Assembly: GCF_009914755.1 (NCBI RefSeq)
Contig: NC_060926.1
Length of the DNA: 64,000 nt
From: the human T2T-CHM13v2.0 reference genome, Homo sapiens
Reading direction: 5' to 3' (one strand)
How positions within the stretch are numbered: the first letter of the stretch is position 1; every line of letters begins with the position of its first letter. This document shows, one piece after another, positions 39,901 to 54,940 of this stretch. The position numbers and the translations under genes were made by a program. The notes below the pieces were generated by a model. That model made no database searches, was not told the DNA's origin, and saw only the letters and a list, made by a program, of their open reading frames with translations.

Positions 39901-40405
39901 AAAAACCAATTTCTGGTTTTGTCAATCTTTTGTATGATTTTTCACATCTCATTTTTATTCAGTTCTGTGCAGATTTTAGTTATTTCTTGTCTTCTGCTAG
40001 CTTTGGGGTAGGTTTGCTCTAGTAGGTTGTTAATATGAAATTTCTAACTTTTTAGTGTAGGTATTTAGACTTTTTTCTTAACACTACTTTACTTGTATCC
40101 CAGAGATTCTGGTATGTTGTATCTTTGTTTGCATTAGTTTTAAGAATTTCTTAACTCTGCATTAATTTCCTTGTTTACCCAAAAGTCATCCAGAAGCAAG
40201 TTAATTCCCATGTAGTCAATTTTAGAGTATGTGCAATGTGCAGATGAGAAAAATGTATGGCCTTTTGTTTTGGGGTGGAGAGTTATGCAGATGTCTGTTA
40301 GGTCTATTTGACCAAATGTCAAGTTGTTCCTCTGTCTACTCGCGATATCTTTCCTCTGAAGATTTGCTCTGAGTGTGCCAGTCTTTCTGATGGCCTGGTC
40401 TATTG
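36958..40405 (-). mobile_element. L1 (L1PA15/16-like), ORF2 and 3' UTR with internal deletions
   Basis: ORF track remnants: [12 protein letters not shown]...[42 protein letters not shown]; 3' UTR 'ggttcaggggtacatg'. Confidence 0.93.
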
Positions 40406-40989
40406 GTCTGAAGTATTTATAAAACTTGCTCTAAAATGATTTTTTCCTGGTAGCAATAATACCTTCTTTAAATCAGTTATTTAAAAAATCTCTTTTAAGC
40501 AAGAAATCTTGGTTGACAACAGATTTAAAAATGAAGTTTGCTAGAGGGTATGTCAAATTTTAAGGACAGCGAGTGGTATTTAATTATCTAGAATAGCTAG
40601 CAGCCAATTAACAGCAGAAGGTGCTGCATGTTTCTGGATTTTGAAGAGGCTGAATCCCATTTCAAAAAAGAAAATGATTCACTTCTTAAATCATGCGCAT
40701 TCTTATTTCTAACAAAGACACATCATTTATCTTAGCACTTCTTTGCCTCCACTACTGGTTTGTTTTCTTAGGCCTGCTCCTTAAATGTGTGTCACTCATT
40801 CTTGCTATTTTCTCTTCTCATTCTATGAACAATTTCCAAGTCAAGATATCAAGCCTTTTCCTAAGAGAAATCAGGGCTGACTTCCTCACATACGCGATGC
40901 TGAGCTGCAGGCATGCATAATGCATGGTATAATTCCATCATTTCTAGTAAGATGAATATAGCTTCAGCATTTCACACTCACTGTGCCCA

Positions 40990-41680
40990 TACCAGTGGTA
41001 TTTCACCATAACACCCTTCCCAGACACTTCTTTGAGTTCTTTTTTGACTAACAACACCACAAAGCATCCAGTTGTCCTCATTTGATATCCCAAATCATCA
41101 CTGACTTCACTCTATGTATGCAGTTATTTCTGCTCTTTCTGCATTCTAAACACCTCTTGAATCCATGCCTTGCCACTGTACCCACTACTATTCCCTTTGT
41201 TTACAACACTCTCATCTCATGTGCACTGTTATAATCACCTCCCAACAGATATTTTTGCTTATAGAACTGACTTCTCACTTACAGTCTAGCTGCAGAATTA
41301 CCAATCACTTGATCTTTCTAAAGAAAAACTTGAGTGCCTCATGTCCAATGCTTCAAAACCTTCACTAGCTCATTGTTGTGTAAAAGACTAAGTTCATATG
41401 CCTTCTCTAGACTTGTGAGGACCACATGGTTCCAACACTGGTGTGACTTCATTGTAAGTGAAATCCTATCAGGAAACTTCATCTCACTTTGCACCTCTGC
41501 TTTGTTTTTTTCTTGGTGTCATGAGTATTTGCACCTATCACACTTGTAACGTTTTCATGCATGTCATTTCCCCCTGCATGTAAACTTTACAGAACAGGAA
41601 ATGTCTTAATTGTCTTTGCATTTTCAGAATCTAGCAGAATCTTGCCAATAGTAACCACTCATTTTTTAAATGAATGAATA
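40990..41680 (+). mobile_element. L2 fragment
   Basis: 'cagtctagctgcagaattaccaatcacttgatctttctaaa', 'tgcttcaaaaccttcactagctc', tail 'aaatgaatgaat'. Confidence 0.6.
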
Positions 41681-42069
41681 TATGCAATTATCTTCTGTTC
41701 CTCTCATGCTTTCTTATTTGAAAAGAAATAAAAATTTAAATATTAGAGGCAGAATAAAAATATACTGATATATATTTTAATTACATATTAATTAAATGTA
41801 TTTTATTTTATATATATTTATATTTTAATTCCCAGGAAAGAGATTGAAAAAAGAGGAGAAATCATTCTTTCATCTGTGAAATCAGTACTATGCCTTATGT
41901 ATTTTATACCGGTTATTGTATTACTAATTATAGTTTGGTCAGAACACTGTTATTATGCCTCCTATAATGTTGTTTATAAATATACGTTGTTTCTTAATTT
42001 GTAATTAAATCTAAAATGATCCAAAATTACCACACATCCTCAGTTTTATGCTTTTACTAGAATATACAA

Positions 42070-42100
<31 letters not shown>

Positions 42101-42180
42101 GTGTATGTGTATATATATATGTATATTATATATATATACCCTGGGAATATATATTATATATTATATATATATATATAAAT
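42070..42180. repeat. (TA)n/(TG)n microsatellite, imperfect palindrome
   Basis: Long tatata runs either side of 'ccctgggaa'. Confidence 0.9.
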
Positions 42181-42319
42181 GATATTTAAACAGGTATTAT
42201 GAAATAACATGTGGCCATTTAAAAATGAGATAGAACACAAAGGTTTGAAAATGCTATTATTAAATGTCAAAAGCCTTGGGCAAACATTGTGTATAAGATG
42301 ATCCTGTTTATGGTAAATA

Positions 42320-42690
42320 AATTATTTACCACATGTTATTTCATCATACCTGTTTAAATATCCTTTATAATTACTCACTTTCTAATTCAACAGAATAACA
42401 AAAGGGGTCCCAAAAGTGATTTATTTAGTAATCCTCTACCAACGAATTCATCACTTGTTTCCAATTTTTTTGTCACTATGAAAAAATATTGTAATAAGCA
42501 TTATGGTATACAAACCTTTGTAAATCTATGTAAATATATCTTTGTGGTCAATATCTTGTAGTGGGAAGGGTAAATAAAAGGGGCATACCCTTCAATATGT
42601 TATACATGTTGACAAATTGCATTCTAAATTTGCACACATTTACACTTCCCAATGAGAGTGTCTGTCCCCTTATCTTCACTTTCACTAGCA
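42320..42690 (-). mobile_element. Old L1ME-like fragment
   Basis: 'ttgtttccaatttttttgtcactatg', 'catttacacttcccaatgagagtgtctgtcccc'. Confidence 0.5.
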
Positions 42691-44370
42691 ATGTCTAAGG
42701 GCATAGTTTCTGAGAGACTAAGTAAACAAAGAAGATAACATTTGAACTCAGACCTGTTTGTTTTCCAAAACTGTACTATTTCTAAAACACAATACAGTCT
42801 CTGTGTGGTTAAAGAAAGTCTAGATGATGCTTATATTTTATAGACATTCCTAGCATATTGAATGCTATCAAATATATGTTCTCATTTCATGTCTAACACC
42901 AATAAAAAGCAGATTCAAGGTGGCTAACTGACTTGCCTAAGGACGTGTAACTACCCATTCTCCTGCACTCTGCTACTTTCTTGTTCAGAGCTTATTCTGT
43001 AACAATCCACATGATCTTAGGCACACAACCTTTTTACCCCAAATTTCTGATTACTAAAATGAAAAAAAAAGTAAAGTGATCCAACTAGATGATATCTATG
43101 ATAACTTGAAGTTTCACATTTTTTAAAAAATTGTATCCCCTTAGAGCAGGGATTAAAAAGTGGAATTCTATCTACTTCTTATATACTACCAGAAAAAAAC
43201 ATTATTTTTGTGGGTGTGTTTGTGTGTGTGTAAGGACAAGGGGAGGGTGTGATGAAGAGCGAATGCTCTTATAAGTGTTTTAAAAGAATTATAACTTTCC
43301 AGGTGTTACATTTGGTTGCAGTATATGAAGTTATAACCAACCGACACTTTGCTAGTATCATGAATTTCTGTTAACTGCATTCCAGTTGCAAGATTTTGAG
43401 TCTGAATATTCAACCACAAGTTTTAACAAGTTCTATTATGAACCCAAAAGTTTCCTTCAATGATGTAGAAGTAAACAAGATTCCCCATAAAACCACATGT
43501 TGATTAGGCAGAAAACATCAAAAATATGAATAACCAAAGATGAGCTAGAGTTATCAATTTGTACCCAGGGTATTTCTATTTCTTGAAAGTTTACTCTCTA
43601 TCTCTAGCTTGACTGATCTAAAATTAGATATGTTTATATATTTTTTCAAGTTCTTTCATGTCCAAAAAAAGAAATTAAGGCCACAATTTTACTAGACCGT
43701 ATTCTCAACTGAATCATTAGATCATGAGGTGGTCTTCAGTAGGTCACTTGAATACTTGTGTGTAAACTGAGGATAATGAACACTGTAAATATCACACATG
43801 TATTGTACTCTCTTATTTGGACAAAAATGACCAAATAAGAGAATTAGTACTAAATACACTACTCTTGCTATTCATTACTGTCTGCCGAGCCATTTACCCT
43901 TATAGAATTTAGGTTATAATCAAGAACAAAAATAACCTGGATTTGGAATAGTGCAAATTATCTTCTTAAATCCAAAGCAAATAAATTCTATGTTTATTAA
44001 TTCTTGTTTTGGATTTGAAAGCAAATGAGAGCACATATTCAACAGCAAGAGTCTAATATCCTTCTCGATGTTCATTCTTATTTTCACTAAATAACTCAAC
44101 GAATATTTATGAAATGCCTAGACTTTGTGGTACTCTGCTGGGTGCTGTGATATCTTTAGCCAATGTATTTTTTAAATTATAGTCTAATGTTTATATTTCT
44201 TCTTTGCCTTCTTATTTTGTTTTCCTTCCTTCAGTGGTTTTCTGGAAGACGGTGTCTTTCTACTCTACTAATTCTTGTCCAGGCCTTCATCATGTTATCC
44301 ACAGTGTAAATCATCTCCTCTTTCACTAAAGCAAGAGGTAATTTTAATAAATATGCATTTGAGCAGCACT

Positions 44371-47050
44371 GGGAATAATGGCAGATAGGAGACAGGACTA
44401 AAGTGCAACTCCTGCATGGAGAGACAGAATAGCGTGTAGAGACCCACACTGTGAACTTTTGCTCCAAGAACCACCACAGGAACATACCACAAAAACAACA
44501 TAAATTCACAGACCCTTTGAAAAAAGCACCTTACTGCTGCAAACTGTGACACAGCCAAAAAACTGAGTTTCCAAAGTGTGAGGTGGGGAAAAGGCTGCTT
44601 CTGAACATACATCCCTATTGTGGAACCTCAAAATACAGATCACAGGAGAAGGATTCAGCCTTACCTAGAGTTGAAATGTGTTTAGGGAGCTGAGCAAAAT
44701 ATAAAAGCCAAAGAAGCAGTAGAAAGAGCCCTGTAGGTAATCCTCATTCCCAGTGAAAGCCCAGGGAAGACATTTCTGGCCTTAATTCACAAGGGTCATT
44801 GGGAAGGGAAGGCAGTCAGTGGAAGTGGGGAGAGACCACAGGGTGAAGGAAGTTTCTAGATAAACTTTGTAATAATTTCGACTGAGCACAAATTTTCCCA
44901 AGCAGAATCCTGGAGTGTGAACAGGAAGTGAAGCTTTGAGTGCAGAACACATAGGGGAAGGTGCAGGCAGGTGGGAAGGGGTGAGGTCTGAGAGCCCTGC
45001 TTGCTTTCTCAGCATGGAGGCTTGTAGCCTGGGCAAGATTTCAGTGCTGCTCCACATTTGCCTGGACATAAACTCGGTGCTGTTGGGAGTAAGACTAGCC
45101 TTGCAGGCTGTGTGGGAGCTGGGTGAAGCCTGTCACTGCTGGCTTTCTCCACTTCTCTGGTGACCTGTATGACACAGGAGAGGTAGCCATAATCCCCCTG
45201 GGAACATAAGTCCATTGGCCTGAGAATGACCCCTCATCCCACACAATGACCGCAGCAAGCCCTGCCCAAAGAGTGAGCTCAGACATTCCTAATCCTGCTC
45301 CCACCTGATGGTTTTTCTCTACCCAACCTGATAGCCAAAGACAAAAGTCATAAACTCTTGGGAGCTTTATGGCTCTGCCCATCACCTGAGAAACCTGAGT
45401 ACTTATCCTGGTCAACATAGGGCAAGATTATATCCTCCTTCTCTTATTGCAGCTGGTGCTTTCTTGAAAGTGTCACCTTCTGGCTGGAATCCAACCAACT
45501 CAAGTCATTACAGCAACTCATAACAGAACAACTCTGCTCCAAAGGAGAAAACAACAGCTACTTCCACTACCTGCAATACCCTGGCTAACCAGAGATCCTG
45601 AGTCTGTCCCCATGACAACTTCACTGCTAGCATAACCAGCATTTGAAAAAAACAGCACACTAAATAAAACTACAACAAAAGACTCCCACAGAGTCCCTGT
45701 CACTCCCCTGCCAGCTTCACCAGAGCAGGTGCTGGTATCCATGGCTGGAAGAACTGAAGACAGATGACAACACAGGACTTTTTGCACACACTCCCCAGCA
45801 CTATCCTGGGTCCTAGTAGCCCATCTGGGTGGCTAGACCCAGAGGAGCAATAATAATCACTGCAATCTGGCTCTCAGGAAGCCCCATCCTTAGGGAGGGA
45901 GGAGAGCACCACACCAAGAGATCACCCTATGGGACAAAAGAATCTGAACAGAAGCCCTTGTGTTCCAGATCTTCCCACTGAAATAGTCTACCCAAATTAG
46001 AAGGAACTAGAAAAGTAATTCCGGTACTATAACAAAAGGCTCTATAATACCCCTGATAGATCACACTAAGGCTCTATAATACCCCCAATAGATCACACTA
46101 ACTCTCCAGCAATGGAGCCACACCAAGAATAAACATCTGAGTAACCAAATAAAGAATTCAGACCATTGATTATTAAGCTACTCATAAAGGCACAAGAAAA
46201 AGTTAAAAACTGACTTAAAGAAATTTAAAAACAATATAGAATATGGATGAAAAAGTCTCCAGAGAAATAGATGTCATAAAGAAAAAACAGTCACAACTTC
46301 TGGAAATGAAAGACACATTTAGAAAAATGCAAAATACACTGGAAAGTTTCAGCAATAGAATCAAAAAGATAGAAGAAAGAAATTCAGAGCTCAAAGGCAA
46401 GGCTTTTGAATTAACACAATTTGACAAAGACAAAGAAAAAAGAACTAAAACATGAACAAAGCCTTCAAGAAATTTGGGATTATGTTAAACAACCAAACAT
46501 AAGAATAATTGGTATTCCTGAGAAATAGAAAAGTTTGGAAAACTTATTTGAGGCAATAATCAAGGAAACCTTAACATCTAGACATTCAAATACAAGAAGC
46601 TCAAAAAACACACAGGAAATTCATCACAAAAAAGGTCATCATCTAAGCCCACAAAATAAAATAAAACATAGTCATCAGGTTACTTAAAGTCAAGATGAAG
46701 GAAACAATCTTAAGAGCTGTGAGGAAAAAGCATCAGGTAATCTATAAAGAAAAACCTATCATATTAACAGCAGATTTTTCAGCAGAAACCATGAAAGCCA
46801 GACAGGATTAGAGTCCTATCTTTAACCTCCTTAAACAAAATAATTATTAATCAAGAATTTTGCACCTAGTGAAACTAAGCTTCATAAATGAAGGAGAGAG
46901 AAAGTCTTTTCCAAATGAAGGCTGAGAGAATTCACCACTAACAAGCCAGCACTACAAGAAATGCTAAAAGGAGTTGTAAATCTTGAAACAAATCTTCCTC
47001 AGAATACTCCTAAATAAAATCCCTTAAAGCGGAAATGTCACAGAGCCTAT
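44371..47050 (+). mobile_element. L1PB 5' UTR and decayed ORF1 (left part of an interrupted element)
   Basis: 5' end 'ggcagataggagacaggacta...gtgaacttttgctccaagaaccaccacaggaacatacc'; ORF1 remnant MDEKVSREIDVIKKKQSQLLEMKD. Confidence 0.9.
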
Positions 47051-47650
47051 TGCTGAGGCTTGAGTAGGTAAACAAAGCAGCTGGGAAGCTCCAATTGTGT
47101 GGAGCCCACCACAGCTCAAGGAGGCCTACATGCCTCTGTAGACTACACCTCTGGAGGCAGGGCATAGCTGAACAAGAGGCAGCAGAAATTTCTGCAGACT
47201 TAAACCTCCCTGTCTGACAGCTCTGAAGACAGCACTGATTCTCCCAGCACAATGTTTGAGCTCTGAAAATGGACAGACTGCCTCCTCAAGTGGGTCCCTG
47301 ACCCCCATGTAGTCTAACTGGGAGGCACCTCCCAGTAAGGGTCAACTGACACCTCATACTGCCGGGTGTCCCTCTGAGATGAAGCTTCCAGAGGAAGGAT
47401 CACTCAGCGATATTTGCTGTTCTGCAATATTTGCTGTTCTGCAGCCTCTGCTGGTGATACCCAGGGAAACAGGGTCTGGAGTGGACCTCCAGCAAACTCC
47501 AACAGACCTGCAGCTGAGGTACCTGACTGTTAGAAGGAAAACTAACAAACAGAAAGGAATAGCATCAACATCAACAAAAAGGAATTCCACACCAAAACCC
47601 CATCTGTAGGTCACCATCATCAAAGACGAAAGGTAGATAAAACCACAAAG

Positions 47651-48676
47651 ACGGGGAGAAACCAGAGCAGAAAAGCTGAAAATTCCAAAAACCAGAGTGC
47701 CTCTTCTCCTCCAAAGGATTGCAGCTCCTCGTCAGCAATGGAACAAAGCTAGAAGGAGAATAACTTTGACGAGTTGACAGAAGTAGGCTTCAGAAGGTCG
47801 GTAATAACAAACATCTACAAGCTAAAGGAGGATGTTCCAACCCATCACAAGGAAGCTAAAAACCTTGAAAAAAGATTAGACAAATGGCTAACTAGAATAA
47901 CCAGTGCAAAGAAGGCCTTAAATGACCTGACGGAGCTGAAAACCATGGCACGAGAACTATGTGACAAATGCACAAGCTTCAGTAGCCAATTCGATCAACT
48001 GGAAGAAAGGGTATCAGTGATTGAAGATCAAATGACTGAAATGAAGTGAGAAGAGAAGTTTATAGAAAAAAGAGTAAAAAGAAATGAACAAAGCCTCCAA
48101 GAAATATGGGACTATGCAAAAAGACCAAATCTACATTTGATTGGTGTACCTGAAAGTGATGGAGAGAATGGAACCAAGCTGGAAAACTCTCTTCAGGATA
48201 TTATCCAGGAAAAATTCCCCAACCTAGCAAGGCAGGCCAACATTCAAATTCAGGAAATACCGAGAACACCACAAAGATACTTCTTGAGAAGAGCAACCCC
48301 AAGACACGTAATTGTCAGGTTCACCAAGGCTGAAATGTAGGAAAAAGTGTTAAGGGCAGCCAGAGAGAAAGGTCTAGTTACCCACAAAGGGAAGCCCATT
48401 AGACTAGTAGCAGATCTGTTGGCAGAAACTCTACAAGCCAGAAGTAAGTGGGGGCCAATATTCAACATCCTTAAAGAGAAGAATTTTCAACCCAGAATTT
48501 CATATCCAGCCAAACTAAGCTTCATAAGTCAAGGAGAAATAAAATCCCTTACACACAAGCAAATGCTGAGAGATTTTGACACCACAAGACCTGCCTTACA
48601 AGAGCTCCTGAAGGAAGCACTAAAAGTGGAAAGGAACAAACAGTACATGCCACTGCAAAAACATGCCAAATTATAA
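47651..48676 (+). pseudogene. Disrupted L1 ORF1p (start codon mutated to ACG, internal stops)
   Basis: Fragments NLEKRLDKWLTRI, IGVPESDGENGTKLEN, RAAREKG...LQKHAKL in the ORF track. Confidence 0.92.
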
Positions 48677-48739
48677 AGACCATCGATGCTAGGAAGAAAC
48701 TGCATCAACTAATGGGCAAAATAACCAGCTAACATCATA

Positions 48740-50368
<1,629 letters not shown>

Positions 50369-50602
50369 ACAATGAGAACACTTGGACACAGGAAGGGGAA
50401 CATCACACACTGGGGCCTGTCATTGGGTGGGGGGATCGTGGAGGGATAGCATTAGGAGAAATACCTAATGTAAATGACGAGTCAATGGGTACAGCAAACC
50501 AACATGGCACATGTATACATATGTAACAAACCTGCATGTTGTGTAGAACTAGAGCTACACATGTTCCCTAGAACTTAAATTCTAATAAACGGATTTTAAA
50601 AA

Positions 50603-52003
50603 AGTCAAATACTTACAACTAACTGATCTTCAACAAAGCAAACAAAAACGTAAATTGGGGATAGGACACCCTATTCAACAAATGGTGCTGGGATAATTGA
50701 CAAGCCACATGTAGAAGAATGAAACTGGATCCTAATCTCTTACCTTATGCAAAAATCAATTCAAATAGATCAAAAACTTAAATCTAAGACCTGAAACCAT
50801 AAAAATTCTAGAAGGTAACACTGGAAAAAACTCTTCTAGACATTGGCTTAGAAAAGAATTTCATGACCAAGAACCCAAAAGCAAATGGAAAACAAACAAA
50901 TAAAAGACAAAAAATGAAATAGATGGGACTAAATTAAACTAAAACTTCTTTTCAGCAAAAGAAAGAATTAGCAGAGTAAACACATCACCCATAAAGTGGG
51001 AGAAAATTTTTGCAAACTATGCGTTTGACAAAGGACTAGTATCCAGAATCTACAAGGAATGTAAACAAAAGGAAACAAACAATCCCATCAAAAAGTGAGC
51101 TAAGGACATGAATAGACAATTCTCAAAAGACAATATGCCAATGGCCAATGCAGACATGAAAAAATGCTCAACATCACTAATTATCAGAGAAATACAAATC
51201 AAAACCAGAATGCAATATCACCTTACTTCTGCAAGAATGGCCATAATTTAAAAAACAAAACAAAGAAACAACAACAACAAAAAAAACAGACGTTGTTGCA
51301 GATGTGGTGAAAGGGAATGCTGGTGGGAATGTAAACTAGTACAACCACTATGCAAACAGTTTGGAGATTCCTTAAACAACTAAAAGTAGAACTACCATTT
51401 GATTCAGCAACCTTACTGCCTGATATCTGCCCAGAAGAAAAGAAGTCCTTATATGAAAAAGACACTTGCACATGCATGTTTATAGCAGCAAAATTTGCAA
51501 TTGCAAAAATATGCAACCAGTCTAAATGTCCGTCAACCAATGAATGGATAAATAAAATGTTTATATATATATATATGTGTGTGTGTATATATATAGGTAT
51601 ATGTTATATATATTACATATATATGTATATACACCATGGAATACTACTCAGACATAAAAACGAATGAAATAATGGCATTTGTAGCAACCTACACGGAGTT
51701 GGATACCATTATTCTAAATGAAGTCACCCAGGAATGGAAAATCAAACATTGTATGTTCTCACTCACATGTGGGAGCTAAGCTATGAGGACACAAAGGCAT
51801 AAGAATGATATAATGGACTCTGAGGACTTGGGGAAAAGGGTGGAAGTGGAGTGAGAGATAAAAGACTACAGATTGAGTACAGTGTACACTGCTTGGATGA
51901 TGGGTGCACCAAAATCTCAGAAACCACCACTAAAGAACTTATTCATGTAACCAAACACCACCTGTTCCCCCAAAACTATTGAAATAATAATAAAGAAAAA
52001 AAA
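50603..52003 (+). mobile_element. L1PB late ORF2 and 3' UTR (right part of the interrupted element)
   Basis: 'caaatacttaca...ctgatcttcaacaaagcaaacaaaaac'; 3' end 'gggagctaagctatgaggac...ccaaacaccacctgttccccc' and A tail; (TA)n at 51562-51630. Confidence 0.9.
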
Positions 52004-52102
52004 GTCAAAACTTAGAAATTAAGTATTATTTGGACAGGGTTATAAAAAGAAATATGCACCTAATAATGTCATACTCACTCTTTTTTCCTGGTTCCATACA
52101 AG

Positions 52103-53003
52103 CTTTAGAGGCAAGAGGGAGAGAAATTCTGGGCAGACAAGGGCGGGTCCCTGGGGAAACCCCACCTTAGAGCTGAAAAGCCTGAAACCCATGGCCCAAA
52201 ATGAGAACTTCTATCCATTTGCCTGCACTCTTCCAATTGGTTCTTTCTGAATAAGGTATTTTTATAATCGTATGTTGCCTTTTCCGAAACTACCTACGGC
52301 CCTCATTGCCCCCCATCCTGTGCCTATAAAGACCCCAGACTCAGTCTAGAGAGGAGAGAGAAGTAGCTTGACTGGAGGGAGACAACTTGACTTCAGAGGG
52401 TTGGCTGGACTTTGAAAGAGAGACAGCTTAACTTCTGAGAGACTGCTTGACTTCAGGAAAGAGCTGGTCAGAGATGGCTGGACTTTGAGGTAAGATTACC
52501 TACCAGTCCCTTCCCCTCTACAACTCCCGTCTCCACTGAGAGCCATTTCTATTGCTAAATGAAATTCTTCAGCTCCCCCATTCTTCAAGTGTCTGTGCCT
52601 CATTCTTCTTGAATGCCAGACAACAGCTCTGGACCCAACAAGTGCAGGTACCCAAAAAAACGCAGTCACACTGGCCCTTTGCCCTCAATGGCAGAGGGCA
52701 GCTGTCCCACTTGATGAGGCAAGGGGACCACTGAGCTGACAACACACCACTGTCCACAACAACAATACTAAGAGAGCATTGTAACTTGCTCTCTGGGGCT
52801 TTGGGGGTTGCAGGCACCCCTACCGGGGTGCCACCGTGGCACCTGCATAGAGCTTGCTCTTGCTGGTACCCAAAATGGCTGGCTGGATCTCACATTTGCT
52901 CACTCACATGCTTCCTCCTGCAAGGGGTTGAGCACCACGGACCGAGTAAACAAGGCACCCCCATCACAACTCCAAAAAAAGGGTCAAGAAAAATTCTGCA
53001 TCA
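52103..53003 (+). mobile_element. ERV1 solo LTR (LTR1/LTR27/LTR28 group)
   Basis: 'gaaattctgggcagac...gggtccctggggaaaccccacct'; TATA 'cctataaagacccc'; end 'aaattctgcatca'. Confidence 0.8.
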
Positions 53004-54365
53004 CAAAATCTTGATTATAACTATCAAAATTCCTCATATTCTCACTCCAAATTGACTTTCAGATCAAAGTTATATCTCAAAGTCAAAACCATCAGTAAAT
53101 TTTTGATACTATGTTATCTATTATAAATAGAAAGGAGATGAAAAAATACTCAAATTTAAACACTTAAAAAAAACCTCTTTATCATCAAAGATTCAACTTT
53201 CTTTCAAGCTAAGGTGTATTAACATCCCTACTTCTCCCTCTACCCCTGCCCTTTGGAAGACTCTGTATTTTCTTCAGGTCTAATCTGTATCAGCAAGGAA
53301 AGTAAACTTGTACTACTTCAGTGGATCCCTTTAAACATTCATTCTAGCTGGCCAAGAAGGATTTACTTTCTTTGGAAAATGGTATGATCACATTTATTAT
53401 GCCCATTCATTAAATGGTTGTTTTCTAATCTGTTAGGGGACCTGCCTAGCCTCAGTAATAACATACTCTTCATTTCTTTAACTAGTAGTTATTTCAAAAG
53501 CAATTCATCATTTTAAATAATGAGGTAACTCTTAGTGAGAACCACAAAAGGAATTCTTGCCAACTGGCATTTGTCAATGAGTCATAGATCACCAAAGGTA
53601 CTGGATGCTCTTAGTGGGTGAGGATAATACATCATGCATATGAAATGCTGGGATGATATGTTGAAGAAGATGAAGATCAGGATGTCCAAGAAAGGGACTG
53701 AATCATTTCCCTTTTTAGGTGGAGAAAAAAGGAAAAGGAGAAAGAAAAAAACATGTAATTTAGAAAAGTAACAAAGCACCCTGAGGATCTTTAAATTATA
53801 GCTGTGTCATCGGTAAATAGTAATAAGATTGGCCAAAGAAGTAAGGCAATTTTTCTTTAAAAAAGAATAAAATAAGTATCTTCCCAATTGTAAAGTATTA
53901 TGAAGTACATTTTCTTAACAAGCCAGCTGTATGTTAAGCCTTACTTCCTGCAAAGTCACCAAGCAATGCAGAGTCTTGCATTCATGCTATTAAGCATATA
54001 GAACTGTGGAGGTGCAGCTTCATAAACAGTGTACTCCTTTACCGGAGGCTGAGTTGTTTCACCTCTGCGGGGGTAGATTGTGAGGTTCACTCTAACAGAC
54101 CAGGTATGTTTCTAACTTAATAACACATAAAGTCTTTTGTTGCCATGGCAATCATAAGACTAGAGTCTCTCCCCATATGGAAGGTAATGAATCTAACTTT
54201 TACATAAACAGCATTTTAGGATAACATGAAAATTAGTATTTTATAAAAGCACATTTTCAAAACCTCAGATCTACACAAAATGTGCACACACGCTTGTACT
54301 CAAATTAACCACCCCCGCTAACCCATATACAGAGCACATCTAAACCACTTTAATCTGAAAGTGTC

Positions 54366-54940
54366 CAGCCATCCCATTACTGGGTATGTACCCAAAGGAC
54401 TATAAATCATGCTGCTATAAAGACACATGCACATGTATGTTTATTGTGGCATTATTCACAATAGCAAAGACTTGGAACCAACCCAAATGTCCAACAATGA
54501 TAGACTGGATTAAGAAAATGTGGCACATATACACCATGGAATACTATGCAGCCATAAAAAATGATGAGTTCATGTCCTTTGTAGGGACATGGATGAAATT
54601 GGAAATCATCTTTCTCAGTAAACTATCACAAGAACAAAAAACCAAACACCGCATATTCTCACTCATAGGTGGGAATTGAACAATGAGATCACATGGACAC
54701 AGGAAGGGGAACATCACACTCTGGGGACTGTTGTGGGGTGGGGGGAGGGGGGAGGGATAGCATTGGGAGATATACCTAATGCTAGATGACGAGTTAGTGG
54801 GTGCAGCGCACCAGCATGGCACATGTATACATATGTAACTAACCTGCACAACGTGCACATGTACCCTAAAACTTAAAGTATAATAAAAAATAAATGAATA
54901 AATAAATAAATAAAAAATGTTAAAACAGCAAAAAAAAAAA
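54366..54940 (+). mobile_element. 5'-truncated L1PA2-type element
   Basis: 'gagatcacatggac' and 'gctagatgacGAGttagtgggtgcagcgcac' (GAG, not Ta ACA); TSD aaagtgtc at 54358-54365 and 54941-54948. Confidence 0.93.

Noticed and set aside
54366-54940. Active human-specific L1HS-Ta insertion
   Set aside because: Has GAG rather than ACA and 'cttaaagtat' rather than 'cttagagtat'; only ~0.55 kb long
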